Both the position numbers and the translations under genes were made by a program. The notes beneath the pieces are model-generated. The model did no database searches. It was not told where the DNA came from and saw only the letters and a list, made by a program, of their open reading frames with translations. A stretch of DNA of 64,000 bases, taken from the NCBI GenBank assembly GCA_041946685.1, contig JBHGAV010000010.1, positions 23,370 to 87,369 on the forward strand, given 5' to 3'. Source of the DNA: Bryobacteraceae bacterium. GTDB lineage: Bacteria; Acidobacteriota; Terriglobia; Bryobacterales; Bryobacteraceae. Shown piece by piece: positions 18,519 to 27,536 of this stretch. Position 1 is the first letter of the stretch. Every line of letters starts with the position of its first letter.

Positions 18519-19871
18519 ATGGCCCGGCAACTGTTTGGAACGGACGGGATTCGCGGGGTGGCGGGCGAGTATCCGCTGGACCCACGCACAACGCATGCGG
18601 TCGGCATGGCGCTGGGGCGGCTCGCGGTCCGGTTCGGCTCGAATCCGGAAGTCATCCTGGGCGTCGACACCCGCGAGTCGGGCCCGTGGCTTGCCTCGCA
18701 CGTAGCGGGGGGGCTGGCGAGCTCAGGGGCGCGGGCGCGCTTTGCGGGGCTGATCACAACACCCGGCGTCGCCTACCTCACTCGGGCGGACGCATTCGTC
18801 GCCGGCGTGATGATCTCCGCGTCGCACAATCCTTACCGGGACAATGGGATCAAGGTCTTCGGCCATTCCGGCTACAAGCTGGCGGACGAGCAGGAGCACG
18901 AGCTCGAGAGTGAGATCTTCGCCTTGCTCGAATCGGGGGTCGAACCGGCGCCGCTGAAACTGGAAGAGGACCCGGGCCTGGACCAGCGGTACCTGGACTA
19001 TCTGGCCGCGACCTTTCCCGCTTCGCTGGAAGGGCTGCGGATCGTCGTCGATTGCGCCAACGGAGCGGCGACGAAGCTCGCGCCGGCGCTGCTGGAGAGG
19101 CTCGGCGCCCGGGTCGAAGCGATCCACTGCGAGCCCGATGGCCGGAACATCAACTTGAATTGCGGCACTCTGCACCTGGAGTCGCTGCGCGAGGCGGTCC
19201 TCGGACGGGGCGCCGATGCCGGTGTGGCGCTGGACGGCGACGCCGACCGGGCGATGTTCGTGTCGCGCAGCGGGAAGATCGTGGACGGCGACGGGATCAT
19301 GCTGCTCGCCGGCCGCTTCCTTCTAGCGCGCGGAGAGCTGACCGGCCCGGACGGCCAGCCAACGGTGGTTTCCACAGTCATGTCGAACCTCGGGCTGGAG
19401 AAGGCGCTGGCCAGGGAAGGGATCCGGATGCCCAGGTGCGCCGTCGGCGACAGGTACGTGCTGGAAGAGATGCTCCGGACGGGCGCGGTTTTGGGCGGAG
19501 AGCAGTCCGGCCACGTCATCTTTCATAATTACGCCACGACGGGGGACGGTCTGCTGACCATGCTGCGGGTGCTGGAGGTGATGCTGGCATCCGGCAAGGA
19601 CCTGGACGAGCTGACCCGGGGCCTGGAACACTACCCCCAGAGACTGGTCAACATCCGCGTTCGCGAGAAAGTGCCCTTCGCCCAGTTGCCGGACGTGGAC
19701 TCGGAGATCGCCGCCGCGGAGGCCGCGGTCGGCGATACGGGCAGGATCCTGGTTCGCTACTCAGGCACCGAGCTTCTGGCAAGGGTGATGGTGGAGGCGG
19801 CCGACCGGCGGCACGTGGAGGACTACTCCACCCGCATCGCGGCCGCCATCCAGAGAGCGATTGGCGCCTAG
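18519..19871 (+). CDS. glmM: Phosphoglucosamine mutase
   Basis: GTDGIRG and the active-site SASHNPYRDNGIK are present, as is the metal-binding motif DGDADR. 450 aa. Confidence 0.95.
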   Translation: MARQLFGTDGIRGVAGEYPLDPRTTHAVGMALGRLAVRFGSNPEVILGVDTRESGPWLASHVAGGLASSGARARFAGLITTPGVAYLTRADAFVAGVMISASHNPYRDNGIKVFGHSGYKLADEQEHELESEIFALLESGVEPAPLKLEEDPGLDQRYLDYLAATFPASLEGLRIVVDCANGAATKLAPALLERLGARVEAIHCEPDGRNINLNCGTLHLESLREAVLGRGADAGVALDGDADRAMFVSRSGKIVDGDGIMLLAGRFLLARGELTGPDGQPTVVSTVMSNLGLEKALAREGIRMPRCAVGDRYVLEEMLRTGAVLGGEQSGHVIFHNYATTGDGLLTMLRVLEVMLASGKDLDELTRGLEHYPQRLVNIRVREKVPFAQLPDVDSEIAAAEAAVGDTGRILVRYSGTELLARVMVEAADRRHVEDYSTRIAAAIQRAIGA

Positions 19872-21022
19872 TATCCGCGCAGCTTGTCGCACACGTTGAC
19901 CAGCGGTAAGCCGTTGGTGAACCGGTGCACGTTATCGGCGATCAGCCCGATCAGCCGGATCTGCCGTTCCGGCGCAAAACCGCCGCTGTGCTGCGTCATG
20001 AGCACGTTCGGGCAGTCCCAGAGCGGACCCGTGGCCGGATATGGCTCGGGGCTGACTACGTCCAATCCCGCGCCGGCGATCCGGCCTTCCTTCAGGGCGG
20101 CGACCAGCGCCTTCTCTTCCACCAGCGGGCCGCGCGAGATGTTGATGAAGTACGCCGTCTTCTTCATCGCCCTGAAGACCCTATCACTGAACAACCCCTC
20201 GGTCACATAGCTGGCCGGGCGGCCGGCGTCCGGCATGGGCGGGACCCAGGGAGTGGCGCTGACCAGCACGTCGCACTGCGGCACCATCTCCATGAGCCAG
20301 GTCGGATCGTGGAGCTCGTCCACAAACACCGGTCTGGGCATGGGCTTGGGATCGACTGCCAGAACCCTCATGTTGAAACCGTACTTTGCGATCTTGGCCG
20401 TCGCCTGCCCCAGCCCGCCGCAACCAGAGATGCCGATGGTCTTGGCGGTCCGCAGCGCTTCACTGCTGTAGGGAGCTCCCTGCAACTCAACCAGACCTTG
20501 CGAGACCCTCGCCCACTTCTTCTGGCCGAACTGCGGCCAGTAATACGTCTGGAGACCGCGCGTAAGCGCCAGCAGCATGGAGAAAGCCGTCTCGCCCAGC
20601 GCCGGTCCGAACATCCGCGCCATGTTGGTCACCACCACGTTACTCTTGACCAACTCCGGGAACAGCGTGGTCTCCAGGCCCGCTTCCGTGGCTTGCAGCC
20701 ATTTCAGGTTCTTCGCCTTCGACAGCATGTCGGCATTCAGCGAGCCCAGGATCACGTCGGCAGTGGGCAGCGCCGCGTCCAATTCCTGCTGGTTCTTGGG
20801 GTTGATCCACTCCACGTTCCTGCCTGCGGACACGATCTGCTTGACCTCCGCGTCCGTGTAGCGCGCAGGTCCAACCACGGACCTTGCCGTGGCCACCAGG
20901 AGCCGCGTCCGCTCCGGCGGCGGATTGAAGACCGCAATTCTGTCCGAGCTGTCGACCGCCAGGGCAGGCGCCGCGGCAGCGGCCGACAAAAATGATCGAC
21001 GAGAAAAGTCAAAATCGCTCAT
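19868..21022 (-). CDS. D-isomer-specific 2-hydroxyacid dehydrogenase family protein with Tat signal
   Basis: MSDFDFSRRSFLSAAAAAPALAV is a twin-arginine signal. The NAD-binding motif GCGGLG and the catalytic-type ISRG...E...QHSGG residues are present. Confidence 0.75.
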   Translation of the reverse strand: MSDFDFSRRSFLSAAAAAPALAVDSSDRIAVFNPPPERTRLLVATARSVVGPARYTDAEVKQIVSAGRNVEWINPKNQQELDAALPTADVILGSLNADMLSKAKNLKWLQATEAGLETTLFPELVKSNVVVTNMARMFGPALGETAFSMLLALTRGLQTYYWPQFGQKKWARVSQGLVELQGAPYSSEALRTAKTIGISGCGGLGQATAKIAKYGFNMRVLAVDPKPMPRPVFVDELHDPTWLMEMVPQCDVLVSATPWVPPMPDAGRPASYVTEGLFSDRVFRAMKKTAYFINISRGPLVEEKALVAALKEGRIAGAGLDVVSPEPYPATGPLWDCPNVLMTQHSGGFAPERQIRLIGLIADNVHRFTNGLPLVNVCDKLRGY

Positions 21023-21148
21023 GGGAACTCCCTTCAGTGGGACATACTACCACGGATAGGCTGCCCGCTGAGGCTGATCTGGAAACCGGCGTTTAACTCT
21101 GCGCGTCTCGGATCTCATAGGATGGTAGGTGTGGGAAGGAGGACGGGC

Positions 21149-21931
21149 ATGAGGTATATGTGCGCTCTCGCGGCGCTTGCTGCCATTCCGCTAATGGCTG
21201 CGGACGGGCGCGTGAACAAGGTGGCGACCACCGAATGGGACAACGTGCTGCCTCAGGTGGTCGACGGCGGCCCGGGCGGGCAGGGCTGGTCCACGCGGAT
21301 CATGCTCGTCAACATGGGCGGGAAGGCAGGCGAGTTCACACTTTACTTCTACAAGGAAGACGGCACGCCCTGGCCGCTCGAATTGAAGAACGAGGGGGTG
21401 GTGACCTCCGTTACCAAGGCGATCCCAACCGGCGGCGCGGTCTTCCTCGAAACCACAGGGAAGGCGGAGACGACCAGCCAGGGGTGGGCCTACATGTCAA
21501 CGGTCAACTGGATCTCCGGCATGGCGGTGTTCAAGGCAGCCTGGATGCCCACCAACGACGCCGAGGCGGTGGTGCCTTTCGCCGGTGAAGCGGACTCGAC
21601 CTTCTACATCCCCTTCGACAACCGAAACGGGTACGTGACCTCGGTGGCTCTGGTGAATCCCTACCCGAAGACAACCGCCAATGTGGCCGTGCAATTCCGG
21701 AACCCCGATGGGACCATCATCAAAGACGACACCATCACGCTGCTTCCCGGACAGCATCTGGCCTTCGAAACCTCAAACCGTTACCCCGAAACGGCCGGCA
21801 AGAACGGTGTCGTCCAGTTCTATGTGGACCCGGCCACGCAGGTGGCGGTCTCAGGCCTGGGGTTGCTTTTCTCGCCTCGCAACACCTTCACATCGATTCA
21901 CCCGGTGGCTATCGACCCGTACTTATTCTGA
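21149..21931 (+). CDS. Secreted hypothetical protein with two similar beta-rich halves
   Basis: ATG 21149 is preceded by GGAAGGAGG. The signal peptide is MRYMCALAALAAIPLMA. Two internally similar segments are visible (LPQVVDGG..WSTRIMLVNMGG..FTLYFY / YIPFDNRNGYVTSVALVNPY..VAVQFR). I recognise no catalytic motif. Confidence 0.55.
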   Translation: MRYMCALAALAAIPLMAADGRVNKVATTEWDNVLPQVVDGGPGGQGWSTRIMLVNMGGKAGEFTLYFYKEDGTPWPLELKNEGVVTSVTKAIPTGGAVFLETTGKAETTSQGWAYMSTVNWISGMAVFKAAWMPTNDAEAVVPFAGEADSTFYIPFDNRNGYVTSVALVNPYPKTTANVAVQFRNPDGTIIKDDTITLLPGQHLAFETSNRYPETAGKNGVVQFYVDPATQVAVSGLGLLFSPRNTFTSIHPVAIDPYLF

Positions 21932-21935
21932 TGTG

Positions 21936-23648
21936 TCAGCGGCCGTTGGGCTGGCGGTGGGTGGATGATCCCTTGCGGAGGCTCGCCCCTTCCTGGGCCG
22001 GACCCGAGGGCCGGCGGCGCAATGACAGGGTCTCCCAGTAGTCCGACCAGTTCCTCGCGATCACGAAGAATCCGAAGGAGATGGCCCCGAAAGCCACCAG
22101 GGCGACGAAGGCCATGGCAAGGTAGTGCAACGGAAGGCTGGCGTGGTCCGGCTCGAAGAATAGGCGGGCGAATTCGCGTCCGAAGTTCATGCCGAAGAAG
22201 CCCGTCACCACAGCCCCGGCGCCGAGCAGCAGGCTCAGCACGGCCAGGCGGTTGACGGCCTCCGTGTTCCGGAATTGATAGAAGTTGTGGAGCGAGGCGT
22301 TTAGCTTCTCGATCTCTTCCTCGATCTGAACCTTCATCGGTCCGATACGGTACTCCCGGCACTGCATGGTGAAGTGCTCGATCTCCTCGTCCTTGTTGGC
22401 CAGCTCGTCAAAGTGCCAGTAGTTGGAGAAGTGGAGGAAGTCGGCGCGCAGGTCGCTGGCCAGGCGGATGTTCTCCGTGGCAAAGCGGCTGTCCTCCTGG
22501 TCGAGGTAGAGCTGCTTGGACACGAGCGCCGTCCTTTCGGAAAAATCGAGCAGCGTGGCGCGGTAGAAGAGGGCCACCAAGGCCATCAGGTAGTAACGCG
22601 TGTTGAACATGCGGTGAATCAGGAAGCCCTCGCGGAGCGCATGTTCGTCGCAGTCGAATGTGCCGAACGCGGCGGTGAGGTTGCTGTAGCTGGTGAAGCC
22701 GTAATACGTCCCCAGGTGCGCCCAGCGGCGGTAAAGTTGCGCCTGCATCTGGGCCTGAGTGAATCCCGGCTCGTAGCGGTAACCCTCACCCATGCGGTCC
22801 ACGTAAAGAAAGCGGCTGAGTAACACCTGGTACTGCTCGGAGCGGATGTAATCCGCGGGAAGCCCCGCGGGGTCGAGCGCCACGTACGTGTAGACGATCA
22901 TGCGCTCGTCGAGCACGGGCTCGTACTCCTCGCGCCGGTAGTCCGCGAAGTAGAGCAGGGACGTGATGGTGCAGGACAGAGGCGGAAGAACCCCGGTCAT
23001 CTCCTCGTGCTCAAACCTCTCCTCCGCCAGCGGCAGTCGCTTTCCGCCGTGGTCGAGCGTGAGCGCCATGCGGGATGGGAAACGGCCCTCCCGGATTTGC
23101 CGGCCGCTGGAAGGATACACCTTCCGCATGGTCTCGTTGATCCACAGCGCATCTACCGTGCTGATACGGGTCGCTTCCACCCCGATCGAGAGGATGCCGA
23201 TGCCGTTGGCGAACAGAAACAGGCGCAGGTCCGTCACCTCCACGTTCGCCCGCCTGCCCTTCAGGTCCTCGGCTTCAAACCAGACCTTGGACCCCTCGGG
23301 AATCGGGATCTGGTAGCAGCGCAGCAGCGACTCGTGTTCGCCCGAGGCGCCAGATTCATCCGCCGTGTCGAAGAACACGCGGCGCACGATGGGGTGAAAG
23401 AACACCATGTCCTGGTAGGCGGGGGAATCGGCGTCGAAGCGCGCGTAAGCCGCGCGCCGCCACGGGCCGAGTGCGCCGGCCACGGACGGCCGCCCCTCCT
23501 CCCGGTGCGCCGCGAGCCACTCGTCCAGTCCGTCGATCCAGCGCCGGCCCGTCGCCCAGATGTCCCTGTGGTCCTCCAGCACGGTCTGTTTGTCGATGGA
23601 GAACGGAAAAAGAAAGTACGTGTGCAGGTGGAGGATGCCCGGCGCCAT
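21936..23648 (-). CDS. CorA-like divalent cation channel with enlarged N-terminal domain
   Basis: The C-terminal TM pair carries the CorA signature GMN (VVTGFFGMNFG). The roughly 480-aa cytoplasmic part is much longer than in canonical CorA. The start is set at ATG 23648; the ORF-track start at 23747 is TTG. Confidence 0.65.
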   Translation of the reverse strand: MAPGILHLHTYFLFPFSIDKQTVLEDHRDIWATGRRWIDGLDEWLAAHREEGRPSVAGALGPWRRAAYARFDADSPAYQDMVFFHPIVRRVFFDTADESGASGEHESLLRCYQIPIPEGSKVWFEAEDLKGRRANVEVTDLRLFLFANGIGILSIGVEATRISTVDALWINETMRKVYPSSGRQIREGRFPSRMALTLDHGGKRLPLAEERFEHEEMTGVLPPLSCTITSLLYFADYRREEYEPVLDERMIVYTYVALDPAGLPADYIRSEQYQVLLSRFLYVDRMGEGYRYEPGFTQAQMQAQLYRRWAHLGTYYGFTSYSNLTAAFGTFDCDEHALREGFLIHRMFNTRYYLMALVALFYRATLLDFSERTALVSKQLYLDQEDSRFATENIRLASDLRADFLHFSNYWHFDELANKDEEIEHFTMQCREYRIGPMKVQIEEEIEKLNASLHNFYQFRNTEAVNRLAVLSLLLGAGAVVTGFFGMNFGREFARLFFEPDHASLPLHYLAMAFVALVAFGAISFGFFVIARNWSDYWETLSLRRRPSGPAQEGASLRKGSSTHRQPNGR

Positions 23649-23874
23649 TGCGGTGATTATAGCGGATCGCAGCCGTCTCGCAGCAGCAATCGCAGCGCGA
23701 GCGAGGAGGTCAGGCGCGCAGGATCGGCGAACGCGAAATGGCTTCAACGCCTCGAAGCGACGAGAAGATGGAACGGGCTAATTGTTGCAGGGCAAAACTG
23801 GCCCGAAAAGCGTCGAGTTTCCCCACGTCGATTGAGGAAGTTTTCGGCAGCCTCGTTTCGCGAACAAAATGAGT

Positions 23875-23902
23875 TTTAGACCTGAAAATACTCTGATATA
23901 CT
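23875..23902 (+). promoter_or_regulatory. Candidate sigma70-like promoter upstream of hydrogenase cluster 1 (TTTAGA-16 nt-TATACT)
   Basis: Lies in the lower-GC part of the 360-bp intergenic region, about 105 nt upstream of the hdrA ATG. Motif-only prediction. Confidence 0.25.
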
Positions 23903-24008
23903 GTCTTTCCTTTTGTGTTGCGGGGCGACTTGGGGAGGGGAATACGTGCGCGCTTGAGCGCGCCGAACGCGAGTCAGGGAGCCGAGTCCAGAGGCAGGAG
24001 AGCAGCCG

Positions 24009-26051
24009 ATGAACCTTGAGGGGATTTCGGAGAAGGCGGGCAACAAGGAGGGGGGCAGCGCGCCGCGCGTTGGAGTTTTCGTCTGCCATTGCGGCGGCAA
24101 CATCTCCGATGTAGTGGATGTGGAGCGCGTGGCGTCGGAAGCGGCCAAGCTGCCCGGCGTTGTTTGCACGATGACACACATGTTCTGCTGCTCGGATCCG
24201 GGTCAGGGCATGATCGAGCAGAAGATCCGTGAACTCGGACTGAACCGCGTCATCGTGGCGGCGTGCTCACCGAGCCTGCACGAAATGACGTTCCGGCGGA
24301 CGGTCGCGCGTGCCGGATTGAACCAGTACCTGTTCGAGCATTCCAACATTCGTGAACAGGTGTCGTGGGTCATCGAGGATCGCGAATTGGCTACGCAGAA
24401 GGCCTTCAGGCTTGTCCGGGCGGCGGTGGCAAGGTCGACGCATCTGGTTCCCCTGGACAAGCGCAGGATCCCGATTCATCCCTCCGCTCTGGTGATCGGA
24501 GGAGGCGTCGCGGGACTGACGGCAGCCCGCGACATGGCCGCGCGCGGGATCGAAGTGGTGTTGATCGAATCCGGACCCTTCCTCGGCGGGCGGATGGCGC
24601 AGCTTCACAGGATCTATCCGACGGGCCAGGTGGCGCGCGAGATACTCGACCCTCTGATCCGCGAGGTCACCTCGCACCCGAACGTTACGGTCCATACGAA
24701 CGCCCAATTGGAAAGCGCGAGCGGGTTCATCGGCGACTTCAGGACGACGGTGCGGATCACTCCGCGCGGCGCGACCAGCGAGTGCACCGACCCGCAGGCC
24801 GTGATCGACGCCTGCCCCGAAGAGTCTCTGGACCAGTTCAACCTCGGCCTTTCCAAACGCAAGGCGATCTACCTTCCCTATGAAGGGTGCTATCCCGCCA
24901 TTCCGGCGATCGACTGGCGGACCTGCACCAAGTGCGGCGCCTGCGTGGAGGCTGCGGGAGGCAAGGGGATCGACCTGGACGAGCAGCCGTCCCGGGTCGA
25001 GATCCGCTCCGGCGCCATCGTGCTGGCCGTCGGCCTGAACACGTACCCGGTCCGCCACGGCGAGTACGGATTCGGGGAGTTTCCCGAGGTGATCACTCTC
25101 GCGCAGCTCAACCGGCTGCTCGATCCGACCGGTCCGACCAAGGGCAAGGTTGCCGTTAACGGCCGGCCGCTGCGGAGCGTGGGGTTCATGCACTGCGTCG
25201 GCAGCCTTCAGCGCAAAGGCATCCACAAGCCGATGCGCGACGGCAAGATCAATGAGTACTGCAGCCGGGTTTGCTGCACCACGACCATGCACACGGCCGC
25301 CGAATTGAAGCAGCAGCAGCCCGACCTCCAGGTCTACGACTTCCACGAGGACATTCGGACATACGGGCGGCGGCACGAGGGCTATTACGACAAAGTCTGC
25401 CAGCTCGGCGTGTCGTTCATCCGGTTTGACCCGCTGCGGCCGCCGCGCGTGGTGCGGGATCCGCAGGGCGAGTCCCCGCTGGTGGTGCGCACTTTTGACC
25501 GCCTGACATTCGGTGAGGAGATAGAAGTCCCGCTGGACCTGCTGGTGCTGGCGACGGGGCTGGTGGCCCGCGACATGAGCACACTCGTGGACCTGTACCG
25601 CTGCTCCGTGGGCGCGGACCGGTTTCTGATGGAGGTGCACCCGAAGCTGCGACCGGTGGAATTGGCGGCTTCGGGGCTGTTTTTGGCCGGCACGGTCCAG
25701 GGGCCGATGGACATTACCGAATCGACCGCTGCCGCCGCGGCGGCGGCGGCGAAGGCTTCGTCGCTCATCACCACCGGCGAGATCGAGCTGGATCCCTTCG
25801 TGGCCTACGTTCAGGAAGATGTCTGCAGCGGCTGCCGCGTCTGCTTGACCGTGTGCCCGTTTGCGGCCATTTCTCGGGACGAAGCCAAGGGCAAAGCCGT
25901 CGTCAACGAGGCTCTGTGCACGGGATGCGGAACGTGCGTGGCAACGTGCCCGTCCAACGCCCTGCAGCAACTGGGATTCGAGGATGTGCAGGTGAAGTCG
26001 GAGCTGCTGGCCCTGCTGGAGCAACCCGGGGAGCCGGTGGCGGTGGGCTGA
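24009..26051 (+). CDS. hdrA: Heterodisulfide reductase subunit A-like flavoprotein (HdrA / QmoB-like), cluster 1
   Basis: 680 aa. N-terminal VGVFVCHCGGNIS, FAD motif VIGGGVAGLTAA, the HdrA Cys block HCVGS...YCSRVCC, and a C-terminal 2x[4Fe-4S] ferredoxin domain (CSGCRVCLTVCP / CTGCGTCVATCP). Confidence 0.85.
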   Translation: MNLEGISEKAGNKEGGSAPRVGVFVCHCGGNISDVVDVERVASEAAKLPGVVCTMTHMFCCSDPGQGMIEQKIRELGLNRVIVAACSPSLHEMTFRRTVARAGLNQYLFEHSNIREQVSWVIEDRELATQKAFRLVRAAVARSTHLVPLDKRRIPIHPSALVIGGGVAGLTAARDMAARGIEVVLIESGPFLGGRMAQLHRIYPTGQVAREILDPLIREVTSHPNVTVHTNAQLESASGFIGDFRTTVRITPRGATSECTDPQAVIDACPEESLDQFNLGLSKRKAIYLPYEGCYPAIPAIDWRTCTKCGACVEAAGGKGIDLDEQPSRVEIRSGAIVLAVGLNTYPVRHGEYGFGEFPEVITLAQLNRLLDPTGPTKGKVAVNGRPLRSVGFMHCVGSLQRKGIHKPMRDGKINEYCSRVCCTTTMHTAAELKQQQPDLQVYDFHEDIRTYGRRHEGYYDKVCQLGVSFIRFDPLRPPRVVRDPQGESPLVVRTFDRLTFGEEIEVPLDLLVLATGLVARDMSTLVDLYRCSVGADRFLMEVHPKLRPVELAASGLFLAGTVQGPMDITESTAAAAAAAAKASSLITTGEIELDPFVAYVQEDVCSGCRVCLTVCPFAAISRDEAKGKAVVNEALCTGCGTCVATCPSNALQQLGFEDVQVKSELLALLEQPGEPVAVG

Positions 26052-26061
26052 GAGGAGAACC

Positions 26062-26571
26062 ATGACGCAGATTGCGGCAGATCATGGAGAAGAGCGGGCG
26101 CAGGTCTGGCAGCCGCGTATCGTGGGCTTTCTGTGTTTCTGGTGCTCGTACACGGGCGCTGACAGCGCGGGCACGGCCCGCATGAAATACGCTCCGAACG
26201 TGGACATTATCAAGGTCATGTGTTCCGGACGGATTGACCCGGAGTTGATCACGATGGCGTTCGCGCGAGGGGCGGACGGAGTGATGGTGCTCGGCTGCCA
26301 CATCGGCGACTGTCACTACGTGTCGGGCAATCACAAGACGATGGTGCGCATGCCTCTGCTGAAGCGCCTGCTCGCCGATCTCGGCATCGAGCCGGAACGC
26401 TTCCGGCACGAATGGGTGAGCGCGGCCGAAGGCGAGAAGTTCAGCCGGCTGGTGACCGAGATGACCGAGCAGGTGCGAGCGCTGGGGCCGTTGAACTGGC
26501 CCCGGCTGATGCACCAGCGGGGCGTCGGCCACGGACAGGATCTTCATCCGTGGGGCGGGGGGCACGCATGA
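26062..26571 (+). CDS. mvhD: Methyl-viologen-reducing hydrogenase delta subunit (MvhD), cluster 1
   Basis: IVGFLCFWCSYTGAD...VMCSGRIDP...GADGVMVLGCHIGDCHY is the MvhD/FlpD Cys pattern. Confidence 0.85.
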   Translation: MTQIAADHGEERAQVWQPRIVGFLCFWCSYTGADSAGTARMKYAPNVDIIKVMCSGRIDPELITMAFARGADGVMVLGCHIGDCHYVSGNHKTMVRMPLLKRLLADLGIEPERFRHEWVSAAEGEKFSRLVTEMTEQVRALGPLNWPRLMHQRGVGHGQDLHPWGGGHA

Positions 26572-27536
26572 GCGCGAACGGCAAGCTGAAAGTGGGAATG
26601 TACTGGGCCTCCAGTTGCGGCGGCTGCGACATTTCGCTGCTGGAGATCGGAACGCGGATTCTCGACCTCATCCAGATCGCCGACGTCGTTTTCTGGCCCT
26701 GCGCCGCGGATTTCAAGTATCAGGACGTGGCGAACTACCCCGATGGACACATCGACGTCTGCTTTTACAACGGCGGCGTGCGCAACAGCGAGCAGGAAGA
26801 GGTGGCGCGGCTGCTGCGCCGGAAGAGCAAGACGCTGGTGGCCTACGGAGCTTGCGCCGGCGACGGTGGAATCCCGGCCCTGGCCAACTTCACGACGAAG
26901 GAGGCCATCTTCGCCGCCGCCTATCATGACAACCCTTCGCTCGACAACCCGGGAGGGGTGGAGCCGCAACCGGAGTTCGACGCGGCCGTGGGCAAGCTCC
27001 ATATTCCGCGCTTCTATCCGGCGGTGCTGCAACTGAAGGACGTCGTGCCCGTGGACTACGTGCTGCCCGGGTGCCCGCCGCAGGCGGACCGGGTCTGGGA
27101 GTCCATCCAGGCGCTCGTTTCGGGAGCCGTGCCGGCCAGGAACGAGGCGGTCCGGGTCGGATGTGCGGACAAGACGGTCTGCGAGGAGTGCCCTCGGGAA
27201 AAGCGCCTGGTCAAGATCAAACAGTTCCGGCGCCATCACCAGTTCCGCCCCGAGCCGGGCTGGTGTCTGCTGGAGCAAGGGATTCTGTGCATGGGCCCGG
27301 CGACACGAAGCGGCTGCGGCGCGCTTTGTCTGAAGGCCGACATGCGTTGCGAGGGCTGCTACGGGGCGCCGGCGGCCGTGAGCGACCAGGGGGCCGCCAT
27401 GGTGGGCGCCATCGGGTCCCTGCTGGATGCCGGGTCGGAAGACCGGGCGCGGGAACTGGTCGGGGAGATCGCCGATCCCTCGGGCAGCTTCTATCGCTTC
27501 ACCATGTCGTCGAGCATGATGAAGGTCCGCCGTTAG
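26568..27536 (+). CDS. mvhG: [NiFe]-hydrogenase small subunit (MvhG-like), cluster 1, no Tat signal
   Basis: ATG 26568 overlaps the mvhD stop (ATGA). The product starts MSANGKLKVGMYWASSCGGCDISLLE. Distal FeS Cys motifs are present (CEECPREK, CMGPATRSGCGALCLKADMRCEGCYG). No RRxF signal is present, so the enzyme is cytoplasmic. Confidence 0.85.
   Translation: MSANGKLKVGMYWASSCGGCDISLLEIGTRILDLIQIADVVFWPCAADFKYQDVANYPDGHIDVCFYNGGVRNSEQEEVARLLRRKSKTLVAYGACAGDGGIPALANFTTKEAIFAAAYHDNPSLDNPGGVEPQPEFDAAVGKLHIPRFYPAVLQLKDVVPVDYVLPGCPPQADRVWESIQALVSGAVPARNEAVRVGCADKTVCEECPREKRLVKIKQFRRHHQFRPEPGWCLLEQGILCMGPATRSGCGALCLKADMRCEGCYGAPAAVSDQGAAMVGAIGSLLDAGSEDRARELVGEIADPSGSFYRFTMSSSMMKVRR

Noticed and set aside
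18215-18913. A 232-aa plus-strand ORF bridging the cdaA 3' end, the mini-cdaR and the glmM 5' end.
   Set aside because: It is out of frame with three better-supported genes, and its product is Arg/Gly/Ala-rich with no motifs.
24267-26063. A 598-aa minus-strand ORF opposite hdrA (cluster 1). Similar long shadow ORFs occur at 36322-37593, 62194-63510, 59326-60363, 9944-11092, 45494-46726, 49193-50332 and 55370-56551.
   Set aside because: All lie antisense or out of frame to genes with strong family signatures, and all have Arg/Gly/Pro/His-rich compositions typical of non-coding frames in high-GC genomes. None has a recognisable domain or a sensible start context.
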